DNA of 63,440 nt, filler included, from Choristocarpus tenellus KU-1152 (taxonomy: Eukaryota > Protista > Phaeophyceae), in NCBI GenBank assembly GCA_964200185.2. It is 9 parts of 9 records of this genome, joined end to end, with 100 filler letters (N's around TTAATTAATTAA, not from the genome) between each part and the next. Parts side by side here need not be neighbours in the genome. Positions count along the whole stretch, not along the records: positions 20,834 to 26,543 come from CAXNAD020009948.1; positions 26,644 to 31,567 come from CAXNAD020012512.1; positions 31,668 to 48,186 come from CAXNAD020000813.1; 6 more parts are not named here. One strand, written 5' to 3'. Every line of letters begins with the position of its first letter. Within the stretch, counting starts at the first letter, position 1. Under the pieces are notes generated by a model. The model had not been told where the DNA came from. It made no database searches and worked only from the letters and a program-made list of their open reading frames with translations. The position numbers were made by a program, and so were the translations under genes. Shown here piece by piece: positions 21,392-36,326 of the stretch.

Positions 21392-24300
21392 GTGAAAGAG
21401 TACCGTGAGGTTACGAGGGAGGCGATGCGATGCGTCATGAAACAGGTGGCGGCAGGCCCTAGGGGTAGGATCAAGACCCTTGGTTTTGCATGGTCGAAGG
21501 TGTGTGCATGTGTGTGTGTTTTTTGTTGTGCATGTGTGTGTATGTTTATGTTTAGTGGTATTTCACGTGATTGTTGTGTGTATCGAGGTGTTTGTGTTCA
21601 AACATTGGTCAAACGCCTGCCGTGGATGGACGGATTAGTATTGGTAATAGGAAAAGTGAAGTACTCCTATTTTGGTTTCGTCTTTCTGTGAGTAAGAAAG
21701 AGAGGTGCTTTAATAAGAAAATACTCTATTTGTGTGTGTGTGCGTGTACATCATTGTGTACATGTATTTGTGGAGCTCGCTGTAGGAGTACCTATGGGCA
21801 AGGGTTATGTACAAGGCGTTTGGGGCTTGGATTAGGGCCCTTGGTCAGGTTGGGCTGAGAGTTAGGAGTTAGATATGTATAGCCAAGAAGCACGTACTGC
21901 AGTAATGGGGACTGTATTGGTTCTCAGGATTACTTGCAAGCTGTGTATGGCTAGATCAATGAGTGAGAGGGGTAGGTTCAGACAGTGACCTTACAGTTTC
22001 ACCATTGGAATGGCCCCTGTGTCATGTTTGGCCAATAGGATGCATTCACCTTTCCTGTATTAATAATCCCTGCCCCTGCTACTTTATTTTTTTATGTTGG
22101 TATAGCTCTGTGGTGCTCTGTGGCATGAGAGTATAAGGAGGAGAAAAGGTTTGTGATGAAGAATGTTTTGAACAGGAATTAAGTGACCTGCTACGTTCTG
22201 TGACACACTTGAGGTATACGTATGTGTATATAGCTCTAGAGACCCGTGTTTGTGCCATGTTTGCCTGCATTAGACGGTCTGGGGTTTGAATTGGTTAGAA
22301 TTTGTTTGAATTTGTTCATCATGTGAGTACTCATCTAGCGTAGGGGCCACTCCCTTTTGTGTTCAAAGTATATGAATTGATACATAGAAGGCGTGTGTGT
22401 TGAGTTTGATTCGTGAGTATCTCTTTGAAGAGTATTTCTTACATAATATGTGTGTGTGTGTGTAATTTTTAAGAAGAAAGATGTGCAGTTTTTTGGAAAG
22501 ATAACAAGACAAAGCCTCAACTATATTAATTTCTTGTCCTATCCCATCACAATCGTGCGCAAGAACTGACGGGGGTTTTTTTCAGGCAAACCTTTCTATT
22601 ACTTGTAATAGCATTCTTGTTGCAGAGAATTTTCTTGGTGGCGTTTGTTGTTGTTGTTTTTTTAAAGGTCTGTTCAACCTTTGTACCTTAAAAAATAATA
22701 GTGTAATGGGCCAGGATGTGAGGTGGTGTGCAAGCGATGACTTTGATTGACTGACTGCTATTGTCTTACGTTCCTTACAAAAAAAAATTAAAAATGAGTA
22801 TACAAAAAGTTAATAAAAGATGTTCCAGTTTCTTTTTTTCTTCTTTCATGATAGTGGAGTATTAATTAGAACAATCCATACCCCCACCTGATCACTGCCT
22901 CCTGGGACACCAACACACACCTACCTATCAGACCAATCCGCACCAGCCATATGCCCCTGAGGATGGGGGAGGTAGCCCTCTAGCAGATCTCATTTCTTGT
23001 AGGGATGAAGTTTTGCACGGCAAGCAACTGGTGGTGGCGTTCCCAGTTGGACTGGGATCAGCAAGCTACAGCAGGGCGGCAGCTACATCTGGTGGACTAG
23101 CCCTACCTCCTGAGTCTGGAGTTTTCCAGATTGGAACAAGGCAAGTAGGTGGATCTGTACTCTCAGGGTGTGATGGACTTGGTTGTGGACCTGTGTCTGA
23201 CGTGTGGGGGGTGTTTATGATGCTTCCCAGGTGTTACAAAATGCAACCCCGTAACCCCAGAGCCTTAACCTTTGTGGGTTTTCAATGTGGTGTATCAAGG
23301 CGTTTACTTCACTGTATTCCTTGTTACTGGTGTGAATCGAAGAAAGGATTTTAGGGTGTACCTTTTCAATGACGCCTCAAGAAGCTTGGATGAGTTTGAT
23401 ATGATCCAAGGTTTTGTGCACAAGAGGTGGTGGCCACAAGGAAACACTGAGCACCTCAAAGGATTTTCTAGGAAATCAGTCATATTATTGACTCTCTGGT
23501 GACACTTTTTTTATGGGCACTCAGTCCAATCTGTGCAATGCAATTATTATTTTTTTCTGTTTTTTGGGTACAGTCAGTTTTCAGAAGCAAGTTATCGTTA
23601 TTTTTTGCCCTTTTTTCGAATATCGTTCTTATCTATTTTTTTTCTGAACAAAGGTGAAAAAGCTCATTGAAAGTAAAAATAAAAAGTAAAGTAGCGAAAT
23701 ACACAGTCCCTAGTCAATTACTTTGACTCATGTGTGGAGAGATTCGAGAACAGGAGCATTACATGTCTTGTGTCTATGAAATTTTGTTGTAGAAAAACTT
23801 AACGAATCTTACACTCTTGCACACCTACACACCTACACACACACACCAATGTAGCATCTGCTGTGTGTATGTATTCCGTGATGATGAATCTAATCATGTG
23901 TGGCCTCAAGCAGGGTATTACATACCCAACGGGAGGATGGACGTCCCTTCCGCTTTGTGGATGTAGTCCCACGGGAAATGGATGTTATCGTGGAAGAGCT
24001 CAAGGTATTAATGCCACTAGAATACACCATATATTTTCATTTAGTACCCCTCTTGGTCAGTGTTTGCCAGGATATATTGTTTTGTTACGTAAATAATTAA
24101 ATGGATATTACCCCAGTTGTGATAATAGCTCCTCACCCTGGGGTGCAGGACTAACCTGGGTTGGAGGCACTGGGAGGCAGTGGTACAGTAGAGCTGGAAG
24201 TAAAATAGTAAATGGATTAATGTCTTTCACATTTTGCAACAACTGTTACTTTTTTAGGATTTATTCTGACATGTGAACAGTTTTCACTGGTTTTTCCCCC

Positions 24301-25976
24301 GACACGTCTGCAAAATGTCAGAGGGCAAAAAATAGCATTGAAAAATGCCATGAAAGTGTTCTTGAAACTACATCACAACATACTAACGGTTAGTAAGAAC
24401 CGACACTCATTATACTTTTTGAACAATAGACTGGATGAGTTTCAACTATGTCTGTCTTAGGATTGTTGTTTGCTTGTTTTCAAATACACTATTGACTCTT
24501 GTTGGTATCTTTGTGCTCTTTGCCTCTTACACTTTTCTTCCTATTTCCTCCATGACAAACAACTGCAAGTTGACACTAAGCCTAAAAATAGTACTATGTT
24601 GATAGGAACATGGTTGAAGTCAGAGGACCTGGTATGAAGTTGAAGGTTTTAGTTTTACACCAAAGACTGGCCTACATTTCTTATTGTATTTTGACCAATA
24701 GATTGAATGCATTCACCACACAGTGTGTCCCATTTATCTGCATCAAACTGTACTTGTAGGGCAGACCCATTTGACACCTCTACCCCTCCCCCACTCCATA
24801 GCCACCCTCCTTGAACTCAAGAGGAACATTGTACTACACGCCTGAAGTGTTTGAAGTGCAGCTGAAGAGGGTATTGTATACACTTTTGTACCTTGTTTTG
24901 TACTGGCCCAAACTCTAATTAACTGGTTGATGCACTGAAGCACAAACAGCAAAAAACGAAATGGTCACCATTATTTTTGAGTTGTTGTGAATCTTAGATT
25001 CGTTTGAATCACTTTGATTCGATTATATCGCGATCGATCGAAATTGAAAGTTGAAACTATATTTTTTATTATATTTTTTCCGTTTTTTTTTTTTCGAGTG
25101 TGTGCTGCACGATCTTTACGCACAGGTCACTTCCCTCCACTTGAGCGCTGTAGCTTTGTACATGTTTTGTGATCTTCAGTCGTTCATGATTTGAACTTTT
25201 GATTCACACCTCTACATTTTATTTTATTTTTCTATTTTCTATATCAGCTGACCGCCGTACTCATTGAAGGTCCTCTTCTGTGATCGATCATTTTTTATTT
25301 ATTTTTTCGTTTAGAGGCTATTCGACTAGTAGAGTACTTACTATTCAGTGAGTAGATAGCACTATGTAACTGTCCCAGAATTGGCCAACCATTGACAACG
25401 AAGGTCCTCAAATATCGCCTTCCTTCCCTGTACGTGCAGAGCGTACGTCCTTGGATCTGGACGGAAATTTCCGAGACAGTTCTTGGACTTTTGTCTCTTC
25501 GACAGACCTTAAGAGTGGTTGTTTCTTCAAACAATACATGCAACGCACGTGCATTAATTGCCTGAGCTTGTTGATACGTGTCCATAGGATTGATTACAGG
25601 CATGGAGTCTTCTACCTTGGGAGGGCGATGGAAGTGCATTCAGTATTTTTTTCATTTTTCTCATTTGTTCACAAAACTGCATTTGAGAAACAGTGCACAT
25701 CAATCAAGGTCATCTCTATGTAGTGCTGTTTGAAGTCACCATTGAACCCTCTCTTGTATCCCAAAACCGCCATTTTGTGATACTGTGGATGTGCACCTCT
25801 CCATCTATATTCAGTCAAGGTTTGGCATGGTGTTACACATGGAAGTACAATATGACAAGCGCTTTGCCAGGGGAGGGGACATAGAGAGGACTGAAGACCT
25901 GGAGGGTAGTGAAAAGTCTGGGTCATTGCCACTGAAGGCAAACATCAGCTGGGGACATATACTGGTGCAGAATCAG
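21392..25976 (+). CDS. Internal exons of an unidentified gene (about 21392-21499, 23355-23410, 23912-24004, 25770-25976)
   Basis: Short open segments bounded by AG/GT: VKEYREVTREAMRCVMKQ...AWSK; VYLFNDASRSLDEFDMIQ; VLHTQREDGRPFRFVDVVPREMDVIVEELK. Product not recognised and joining not verified. Confidence 0.4.
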
Positions 25977-26543
25977 GTAGTCTGATTTATGGACAAATTG
26001 TAGTGGCATGGTGGTGTTTGACTTTCCAAGCCCACTGCCTTGAAACCAAAAAGGCGCTGTACCATACTCTGCTCAAAAAAAAAACGCTTTACTATGTTGC
26101 ATTAAATGGCAACTCTTTTTTTTTGCTTTCTATTTTTTTCATTTGTTTTGTTAGAAACACAAAAATCCTTACAATTCTGTGACAATTTTGGAAACACGTT
26201 GTAGTTATGTGGTGCCATCCGTACCCTGCACTCTGGGTGCTTAGAAGGGCTTATATATATGTGGCATTGAACAGAAAATATCATTAGGACTCTTGTCTGT
26301 GTATAGGATTATATGTGATACATACTGTTGCAGACGGTGTGCTTCTTCATGTACACAAAGCATCCTGTATATCATTTTTTTTTTTATGCTATGGAACACA
26401 TTCCATTGTATGACTGCGCAAGAGACCGTTGACTGAACTGTATTTTGAGTACATAAAATATCATCACCTATGACATTTGTATCGTCCCACAATGTCCCAC
26501 AACCCCCACCCCCCCACCCCCCCCCCCCCCCCCCCCCCCCCCC

Positions 26544-26643
26544 NNNNNNNNNNNNNNNNNNNNNNNNNNNNNNNNNNNNNNNNNNNNTTAATTAATTAAN
26601 NNNNNNNNNNNNNNNNNNNNNNNNNNNNNNNNNNNNNNNNNNN
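26544..26643. other. Artificial contig linker
   Basis: N44-TTAATTAATTAA-N44. Confidence 0.98.
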
Positions 26644-26799
26644 CTTATGATGTTGCATTCGGTACAGGATTTTGTATATGAAAATTATGTAAAATAAAGG
26701 TATAAAATTTTTTACAGGACTTGATGCAAGCGATAATATGTTGAATTATGTAAATAATTTAATTAGTGAAAATAATTGGACTGATAAAGTAAAGTTAGT

Positions 26800-29700
26800 C
26801 TTTGATACGTCATAGGATACTATTTTCAAATTCGGTACCTTGATCAGAGTGTACCAAAAATTGAAAATACACTTTCTATCAGCGTACGAGCAATTGTTGC
26901 GGCCTCTTTATTTGGAATAGGACTCAGCACAACAAAACGAGTGAGGTGAACAATGGCAGACAACACATATGAGCACATGACACCATTTGTTGCTGGAAAA
27001 AGTGTTTTGTACTCTACCAAATCAATAGCAACACGTTGAAACGATCTATCAACGGGCATATGGCCAGTAGGAAGCGTAGGCTTCTTATGAGCAGTCTTAC
27101 GTGTTTGGCATGCTTGACAATCACGACACCATGTACGACGAGCGTCGATATTGAATGTTGACCACCAACACGAGTCTCTAATCTTATCGAACGTGGGTTT
27201 GAAACCTAAGTGACCTCCAGACAATGCATGGTCATGACAAGCATGGAGTACAAGATGGACTAACGAGTGAGGAACGACCAACTGGTCTCTAAATGTGCTC
27301 CTCTTACAAAGATGGCCTGGTAAATACGAACGATACAGTAAGCCATTACAAAGGGAAAAATAGATTCCTTATCAGGTAGTGGGACGACGTTGGGGGACTG
27401 CAAATACCTGAAATATGGTCTGAACTCGGATTCCTGCTCCTTGCGCAATTGCTCCTGGTCCACTGAAGGAAACACGGTAGTGGAACTAGTAAATAGTTCA
27501 CGATCACTTTGGACAGGCATTGTTGGTCAAGGTTAGAAGCAGATAACTCATATTCCTTTTGAACGCGTGTGATAAATGCATGACTACCTTCAGGCACATT
27601 ACGACAGATTGGTGCCAGCATTGGAGCAACGGATTTCTCCTGTTCCTCAAACTTGAAAATACGAGACAGAGTATCAGGTATAACATTGAGCTTACCGGGC
27701 TTATGTTTAACTGTGAAATCATAAGCTTGAAGAGCAATAGCCCAACGAGTAAGCATGTTACTGGTATCCTGCATTCTATACAAATAACACAATGCGGCAT
27801 GATCTATGATGCAAGTAAAGTGTCTACCCCAAAGATACGGTCGCCAATGCATGATAGCTATAACGACTGCATAACACTCTCTTAATGTAGCTGAATAATG
27901 GCGTTGAGCTTCATTAATTTCTTGCTAAAGTATGCAATGATACCTAGGTCTGCAGGATTATCGGATCGAGGTTGTGCTAAAAAACCTCCAGCACCATTCT
28001 TACTGGCATCAACATGGATGATGAATTCTTTGATAAAGTCAGGAAACACGAGAACCGGGGTGGCAGTGAGTAATTGTTTTACTTGAAAAAATGCCACGTC
28101 CTGGTCCAATCCCATTCTTTATCCACTCTCTTATTGACACCTTTCTTAGTGAGAAGAACTAACGGTTCGATTACTGTGGCTAAGTTGGGTATGAATGTAC
28201 GCACAAAATTTATCATACCTAGGACAGATCGAAGTTCTTTGATGGTGGTGGGTTTGGGTAATTCAGTGATTGCACGGACACGATCCTCACCGATACGAAT
28301 CCCTTCAGACGATAAAATGTGACCAAGGTAACGTACTTCTTTGGGTCCAAACTGGATCTTTGACGGTTTCAAAGTTAAATCTGCTGCTTGTAACGCTTTG
28401 AACTGCTGTTCTAGTAAGTGTATATGTCCTTCCCATATGGGAGAACAAGCAATCAAATCATCCATGTAAACCAGTAACCCACTCAATGGACCAAAGTTTG
28501 CAAAGGATAAGGACATGATTCTTTGAAATTGCCAAGGGGCATTTGATATCCCAAAGGGTATCCTCTTAAAAAAGTATTTGCCTCTGGACGTGACAAAAGC
28601 AGTTTTATCAATGTCATCCTCAGCAACAGGAATCTGTCAATATGCACTCTGAATATCACAAACGGTGATAAATTTTGGCACCCCCAACAGTATCAATATG
28701 AGACTATATCAGGCATAGGCCAAGACTGTCGAACAAGGTGAGTCAAAGTATCTTAGAGAGTAGAGCCCCGTCCATTTGGGGCCCAAAATCCAATGTTGCA
28801 ATTTGATGTGATTTTGGCTATCATGTTTGTTAGGAAATGTCAATATCCTTGTTCCGGACATAAGTTTTCATAACATATACTCCGAGTACATTTTGCCTAC
28901 TCAGAAACATTTTGGAGTAGGTGAAATGTCATTAAAAACCCTTGGGAAGCCAAGCCACAAATGGACAAATAGGAAAAAACTCGTACCCTCTTAGATACGT
29001 TCACCCAGGTGTTTATTAACAATTGACCTATAGTCCACACAGAATCGTGGGGAGTCATCAGATTTGGCCACAACAGTAACAGGGCTACCCCAAGGGCTGG
29101 CACGTTTTTCAATAATGCCTTGCTCTTCCATATTATTAACAAACGAGTCAATTACTTGTTGAGTACGGGGGTTTGCTCCGTAAGGGTTCCTGTCAACAGG
29201 TTTGGTACCAGGCTCTATAGGAATTTCTGCTTCAGCTAGGGTACATCTGCCTAGTTCTGCTGTATTCAACGAAAATACCGATCTATAACGAGCACAGAGG
29301 TCTAAAAGTTGAGACACTTGTGACTGATTGAACGTGGTATCTTTGAATGCATTTGACTTGGTGAAGGCTTGATGTAACTCCTCTCTAGCTTTACTGAATG
29401 GAGCAGAATCAGTGCTTAGAGCACTAACAGTAATTGGTACCTGATCTAAAATAGGGGTTAAGTGACCTATCACAAGATGCTGACTGATACGTACTTTCCG
29501 TGTCGTTGGATTTGCCATTTGAACCAATACTGATCTATTACTTGCTGACCAAGTACTGAGGGTGCGAGCAGCTACGATATGATTCCATGGGTGTGTACGT
29601 TCAGTGGTTTGATCTACAGCAGGCATGGAGTGTATGACTGGCTCCACTATCACAGCAGTATCCAACGGCGGACTAGTATCAGTTGTGCAACATACGATGA

Positions 29701-31567
29701 TTTCATGACCAGCTGGTATATTAAACTGTTTATGTACACGAACAGGTATAGGGTCAAAATCATGTTGCACACTCACCACAGAACATGAAGGAGTTGTACT
29801 TGTATCACGTACTTGAGTGGGGCTCCTTGTCATGTGATGTCTTACTGAAATGGTACACGAACTGTTGTGAAATGAAAGACGTTGTTCTTGCCAATCAAGG
29901 ATTGCACCGAAGGCCTGCGTAACACTATTATCAAGCAGAATTTTATCGGGACCAAGTTGGGGAATCACTAAAGCTTCAACTGGTAATGTGGTGTCACCAA
30001 GTGTAAGTGCAAAACGAATAAATCCACGGATCTGCAAAGGTGAACCATTTGCTGCACGTAGATTTATTGCACCAGGTGGGACAGGATGCACATCAAAACG
30101 TTTCAGTTGAGGGTGATTGCGAACAAATATTTCAGAAATACATGGTACATCACTGGCTGTGTCAATTGTCAAGTCATTTTCCTCTTGTTCTTCAACGGTG
30201 CCCGATACATGCACTCTTTGTGATGAAAACGACAAAGGTTTGGGCATGGATGGGTATCTGCACAAAGAACTGTTGAACCAAGTTTCATTATTATCACACA
30301 AGTTTGGTTGAACTAAAGGCAAAGAAAAATGCTTAGTGACATGCGTGCAGGCAATAAACGATGCCTGCGGGGCAAGAGGTACGACTGGCGTCAACCTCTG
30401 ACGCTTGCCACTCCCTACGATGGTGTCAACAACGACACCATGGCTGTTCCCAAGTGGACAGGAGTCAAATCCACCTGGGCATCCCTAGGGACGCGGACCA
30501 TAATGGCCAGGTGTTGACTCACTGTCGTCACGAACACGAACACGAACACGTCTGCCACGACCCCTGCCTCTACGACGCAATTGTGGGTTCCGAGCACCTC
30601 GCGGATTGTCTAGGCACGACTGAGTAGTATGACCCTCACGAGTCGTTGCCTGACAACCCGGGTACTCGCACACACTATTTTGCTGATCAATAGTGTACGT
30701 CGAACTGGATGGCAAGGCTGAGTCTCGTGACGTGTCATGGGGTCGTGATTGCCTGTCAACGTGCATGGCTGAGGGAGGTGGACCCGCCGACGACCGAGCT
30801 GGGGTCCTGTTAAGGGTTGCTTCCCCTGCTCGGTGACGTCCCACCTCCGTGCGTAGCCTTTGGCACTCACGTTGTGCTTGCTCAAGTTCACTACGAGGAA
30901 CCTGTGCATGACGAGAATTGAAAGTAACAGCACTTGTGTAAGTCATGGGGTTGGGGTTGTTACCAGACAAATGGTTAGCTTCGTGTCGTTTTGCCCGGTC
31001 ACGAGCTTGGGCAAACGAGTTGGCAGGCTCATCCCGAATCTGCTCAAGACGAATAGCAGGGAGCAAGCCATCTTCCATCAGCGTAATCTTCAGCTGCTCG
31101 ACAAGCAAAGCTTTCGTGTCAACTGCATCTGAGGACGACGTCGTGCGATGGACATCATCCAGAAAACGATTCATTGCAGTGGTGCAACGTAAGGTATACT
31201 GATCGACAGATTCATACTCCCCCTGTTTGAGAGACGTTAGTCGACGTGCTGATACACTTACGGCATGTGCAGGAGTAAACGCAGTGATCAGGGCTTTCTG
31301 GACATCATCCCATGTTCTTGGTGGTGTAATGGGGACGGGGATGTCAAGAGACGATTGTAAACGAGCCAGATCACTTGTTGAACGCCACTCTACTGTGCCT
31401 GCCAACGCCTGAAAGTAAAAGGTTTCAGCTGGTCCTTGAAGAATTTTTGGTAAAAATTCTACACATCGAGCATTAATAGTCTCAGGGGATGCGGTACCAT
31501 ACTGCCTAGAGTGCAACGAAATCGCCACATGCCATTTAGAAAACAAGAGGGGTAAATTTTCTTCTCC
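26800..31567 (-). mobile_element. Ty3/Gypsy LTR retrotransposon internal region (gag-PR-RT-RH-IN), degenerate
   Basis: Gag ORF 30485-31546 (LKQGEYESVDQY); protease TIDTASDV; RT SPWGSPV..RFCVDYR, VYMDDL, YLGH; RNase H VDASKNGAG, WRPYLWGRHF; integrase H-H-CxxC (HDHALSGGHLG...CRDCQACQ), AIDL. Frameshifts and stops; no LTRs seen. Confidence 0.95.
28740..29006. mobile_element. MITE copy in Gypsy RT, TSD AGGT
   Basis: GAGTCAAAGTATCTTAGAG...CTCTTAGATACGTTCACCC with AGGT on both sides. Excision restores VNKHLVRQSWPMPDI. Confidence 0.92.
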
Positions 31568-31667
31568 NNNNNNNNNNNNNNNNNNNNNNNNNNNNNNNNN
31601 NNNNNNNNNNNTTAATTAATTAANNNNNNNNNNNNNNNNNNNNNNNNNNNNNNNNNNNNNNNNNNNN
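31568..31667. other. Artificial contig linker
   Basis: N44-TTAATTAATTAA-N44. Confidence 0.98.
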
Positions 31668-31887
31668 CCAAATGGACAGCCGCCACCCCCTCCCAGATAC
31701 TTTGAGCCTAATATACTTGGAAGCACATGATATGAAAATGATGTGGTGTTCCTGAGTCACTTGGCAACACAATACTCCCCAAGGAGCGGTTTGGTCACTT
31801 GCACCCTCAAAATGCCATGCACTTTATTGATGGAGCGCCCCCCTTTCCTCTTCCCCCTCTATATGTATGTGCTCATCACCTCTCGGA

Positions 31888-34019
31888 TGCTTGCTGAAAA
31901 GGAGGGAACCCGTGATGCCATGGCTGGGAACAAGGTACCCCTAACATTACTGGAGTACCTAGTTTTTGAAAATAATAATAAAATATGTTGTTTTTTTCAT
32001 ATGCAAAACTACTTTTATCTCAGTTCTTGAGTTAAGGTAAGGATGAGGGACAGATGGAAAGGTAAACGATTTACATCTTACTGGTCCACTTGGTTCACTA
32101 CTACAACACTTCCAGGTGCAGTGTATCACACACCATGTTGGCTTCTACCCTTTTGGTGAAAAGCAACATCCCACCACACGTCCCCTCCCCCTCAACCTCA
32201 CTGATATCCTTCTTTGTACTCCAAGGTAGTTTTATATTTTTGATAGATTGCTACATATTGTTTTTTCCCACAACTGTATCGTTTTAGTCAGAGGATTCAG
32301 GAAGGCTAATTCACACCGGCGGGGCAATAGTGGTACACAGCACTGGATGCGCACATCCCTCCGCTTCCATGATTCCCAACACCCACAAAAACAAAAGTGT
32401 GATTGACATGTTCCCCTCAACTCTCATTGTTGACGGTGTTGGGTGGGTATCTGTATATGTCTCCCCATTTTGCATGATGGATGATTACAATCACCTCATT
32501 GCATCAGGCCAGGGATGACCTGGTGAAGTCTCTGGAGGCTCAGCTTATGGATCAGAAAGAGAGGTAGGCAATGAAAGAAGATGGCAAGAGCAGAGGAGGA
32601 GTGGGCGGCCAAGACCACAGAGTTCACACAATCTTCTGGTTTTGATATGTACTTCTAAGGATTTATTTTTACCATGTCACTGCTGTTTACTTATCTATGT
32701 TTATTTCATGTAAGTATATTTTAGGATACATTTTGTTACATGTTATCTGCCCCTCAACTTTCTTCCATAGTAATTCTTGCCGTGGCTCTAACCTGCTGCT
32801 GCTGCTGCTGTTGTCGATAATGATGAAGTTCCGTCACATCAAGTAAGGTACAGTTTTATTGGGGTACTCCAAACATTTGTTCCAACGGAGTGCCAGATAG
32901 ACATGTGCCATTCAAGCACAGAAGAGTCTCTGCAAGAAACCGCACACAGAACTCTGCAACCCCAAGGGAAACACTCTACTCTTGCCTGAACCCTGTTCCC
33001 ATAGGGTGCACAGATATACATTCATAGGTGCTCATCCCCTGCTTAGCCCCTCCGTAGAAACACTCAGTCCAACCCTACCCCTCCCTGTGCGAGGAAGACT
33101 GGAAGGGGAGCTGAAGGCAGCCAAGAATAACTATGAAGAGTTCTCCAGGGCAAGCAAAAGAAAGACAGCCCACCTTGCACGGTATGACCAACTTCACCAA
33201 ATAACTTGTCAAAGTACTCCCTATCTTTCTGTATCCGACCCCATCCATCTTCTGACCCTGCCCCCCCCTTTTCATAAATAGGTCATCTCTTTACAGCTAA
33301 AGCAAAAAAGATAAGTTTCAGTGATGAAAGTGTACAGTAGTGCACTTGCTATCAAGAGTAAAGTGGTAGAACTTCTCGGAGCTTCCGTTGACGTTCTTCT
33401 CAGAAAAGAGGGCAGTGGTTATGCCTGCTTCCCTGTCCATTCCACTCATCTTATACAAAAAAGTGTGTGTATGCGTGTGTGTGTGTGTGTGTGTGTCACT
33501 CTCTCTCACTCACTTGGGTCATTATCTGTCAACTGTTGTGGTGGTACAACAAAAGGAGGTGCCTGGAGCTGGAACACAGCCTTGCATCATCATCCCAGCA
33601 GCAGACTGCGCCCACCCAACAATCAGGTGTCGCCCTCAGGGAAGGTGTCATTGTGGTACTTAGTTCCCCCTCTTTCCATTTCCCAAACCAACCATACAAT
33701 ATTACTAGCACACTAATTGTCAAGCTTAGTAGGCAGTCAGTACTTCTAGTGCAATATAAGGATCCAAGTTGGTTCAGATACACGCTGAAAAATAATACTG
33801 TACAAGCAGTTGGTAAATTATGAGGTGTAATTGATGCTGATTGAGACAATTATTATAGTGTGTTACAAAATTTAAAAAAAATCTATCATTGAACACTGAT
33901 GACTGGAAATGCATGTACAACTTTTTACTTCTCACAGGAGAGATAAACCACAATTTTGGGTGTGATCGTCTCTGGAAAACCAAGTAATCAAAATTGCCTA
34001 TGCTGGTCTTCCCAGTCCA

Positions 34020-34065
<46 letters not shown>

Positions 34066-34076
34066 TTTTGTGTTTT

Positions 34077-34109
<33 letters not shown>

Positions 34110-34453
34110 GTGGTATCCCTTTCAATCCTTTTTGGAAAAATCTATACTATCGGCCTAGAGTGGACAGTACTATCCAAAACTATCACTGGTTTGTGCACAC
34201 AATAAGCAAGAAAAAAAAACTGTTGTGGCTTATGGGGACACATGTAACCTCCTTGTATGGCCCCCACTTGGTGCCTGTGCCTTTGTCTTTGAACCCGGAT
34301 GGGGTGGGGGCAGGAGTGAGACCACATCATGAGGTTACTGAAGAGAAGAAGCTCCAAAAGTCATCAAGCCAGTCCGCGGACAACCTCCCAGATCCCTCTC
34401 GAGACAATGTCAACGCACCTGCCTGGATGCGGGTCGACCTAGAAGTGAAGTAG
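31888..34453 (+). CDS. 3' exons of an unidentified coiled-coil protein gene
   Basis: Segments MLAEKEGTRDAMAGNK|GT, DDLVKSLEAQLMDQKER|GT (~32513-32562), LEGELKAAKNNYEEFSRASKRKTAHLA|GT (~33098-33181) and a terminal VRPHHEVTEEKK...MRVDLEVK* (to 34453). Exon structure not fully resolved. Confidence 0.45.
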
Positions 34454-34727
34454 ACTCTTTTGCGCAAGGATTTGAAGATAGAAAAATCGGGAGAGGAAGA
34501 GGGGGAGAGGAGACAGAGAGATGAGGTGCACAGGCATGTCTAAATGGTACCAACTATAACCGGCGGGGTCTCCCTACTGTTGTTGTAGCATGTAGGAAAA
34601 GCAACAGGGTTAGGGTTGGACATGACCACTACTGTCTTTTCTAGTGCTGGGATGCGATGCTATGTAATATTATAGTTACAACAAAAAAAATCCAGTCCTT
34701 GATGTACTACTGCCTGACTGCTCCTAG

Positions 34728-36326
34728 CTACTCAAATGCAAGTGTTGTGCTGCATCTTTCTTGTCTCCCCAGCCAAGAACCTTCCAAGATTCTTCTGGAA
34801 TGGTCCACCCTTTCTCGTAACTGATGAAAGGCCATTATCGATGGGTGAAATATTATGCTTCTGCAAACACAATCGAGTGGAAAATTCCCTGTATCATAGG
34901 CCTCATTGAGGTCATGCATCAGGTAGGGAGAGTAGTGCCAACAGTACTTACAACAATAGAACAAAGTGCCTTATTCTCTTGCCTTGTGTTGATGCACACA
35001 CTGGCAGGGGCCAATCTGCAATGAATGCCATGGTTACCATAGTGTTCAGATCGCTGGGTGATGAAATACATCTTCCCCTTGCAGTTATTACGTACAGAAT
35101 CATATATACACATACCTATGCATTATGTATGCATATACTCTGTATGTATATATATATATTCATCAGTTTTGCCTTGCCTTGACTTTTTCATCTGGTACAA
35201 CAAAACACATACCCCACAGAAGGAGAGCATGAACGGGAATCTTAAAAATGTAGCGTCCATAATGCAAATTCCTAAAAAAACCCCAATGAGAATAAGAAGG
35301 GTGACAATCCCTCCGAAGACAACAAAGTGTAAAATGGTGTCACAATATCTCCAGGCAAACCCCAACAACATCAGCTTGCCATTTGCTTCAACTAAACAAG
35401 AGAAACGGGCAAGAGCAGGTCACCTTCGGACCACAAGAGCCCGCAAGGTTGGATCCTGTTACTTCAACCATTGAATGTGCCTGCGTGTGTGTGTGGTAGT
35501 CATAAGGAGTACAAAAACCTTGTTCAGTGATCCTACCCAACCTACCTAAAGTACAGGACAACTAGAACCACATCTACATGCACGTATGTATCCCCAAATC
35601 ATAGAGCTACAGTATTAAAACAACTACAAATAGATACCATTCTGGTACTGATGCACAGATCAATGTAAACTGTGCTTGTACTGGACACAACAAACAAGCC
35701 AATGTCTACTACACCGCTGAACAAGCAAAGACCAAAGCAAATGGAAATTGACAAACTCGTATCTTTTTGTATCTGCAATGTGATACACCATATCAGTGCT
35801 TGCACGGCACAGGCTGCTGCTGCACATGTTACCACCACTACGGGTTCCTTCCCCTCTCCTTCATGAATTATTATTTCAATCTACAACTACGAACCAGTCC
35901 AGTTAAAACAAAACAAAAAAAAGAACTACTGTCGTGGCACTTTCCTATGGTTGTGTGTCGATAACAACCCCCCACAATAAAAAAATATATATAAAAAGCA
36001 CCGCGACAATCCAGAGTCGTACACACGCATCCAAAAATGTGCAGAGGTCCAACAACAAACTAGTAAGCAAACCAACAGTACGAAATGATCCCCTGACTAA
36101 CGCGAACAAACTCCCTTAACCTCAAAAATTGTGCATCCAAGAGAGAGATCAGTAAGTGGCCGTCAGTTGAGTACACTTGGGGCAGATGGATGGGACAGAT
36201 GATAAATGTGCTTGAACTTCTATTTACAGTGGAGAGTGCTCGATATGTGCATCTGACTTGGCTCTTAGTGGTGTTGGACATTGAGATTTCCCAGGTTATG
36301 TTCACAGTCCGAAAAGTGATGCGCAC
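34728..36326 (-). CDS. Possible exons of a multi-pass membrane protein (unidentified, may be decayed)
   Basis: Hydrophobic ORF segments at 35638-35838 and 35210-35395 ending at GT donors. Exon joining is uncertain. Confidence 0.3.

Noticed and set aside
33956-34110. Poly-proline ORF
   Set aside because: Translation of poly-C tracts that are probably intronic or low-quality sequence.
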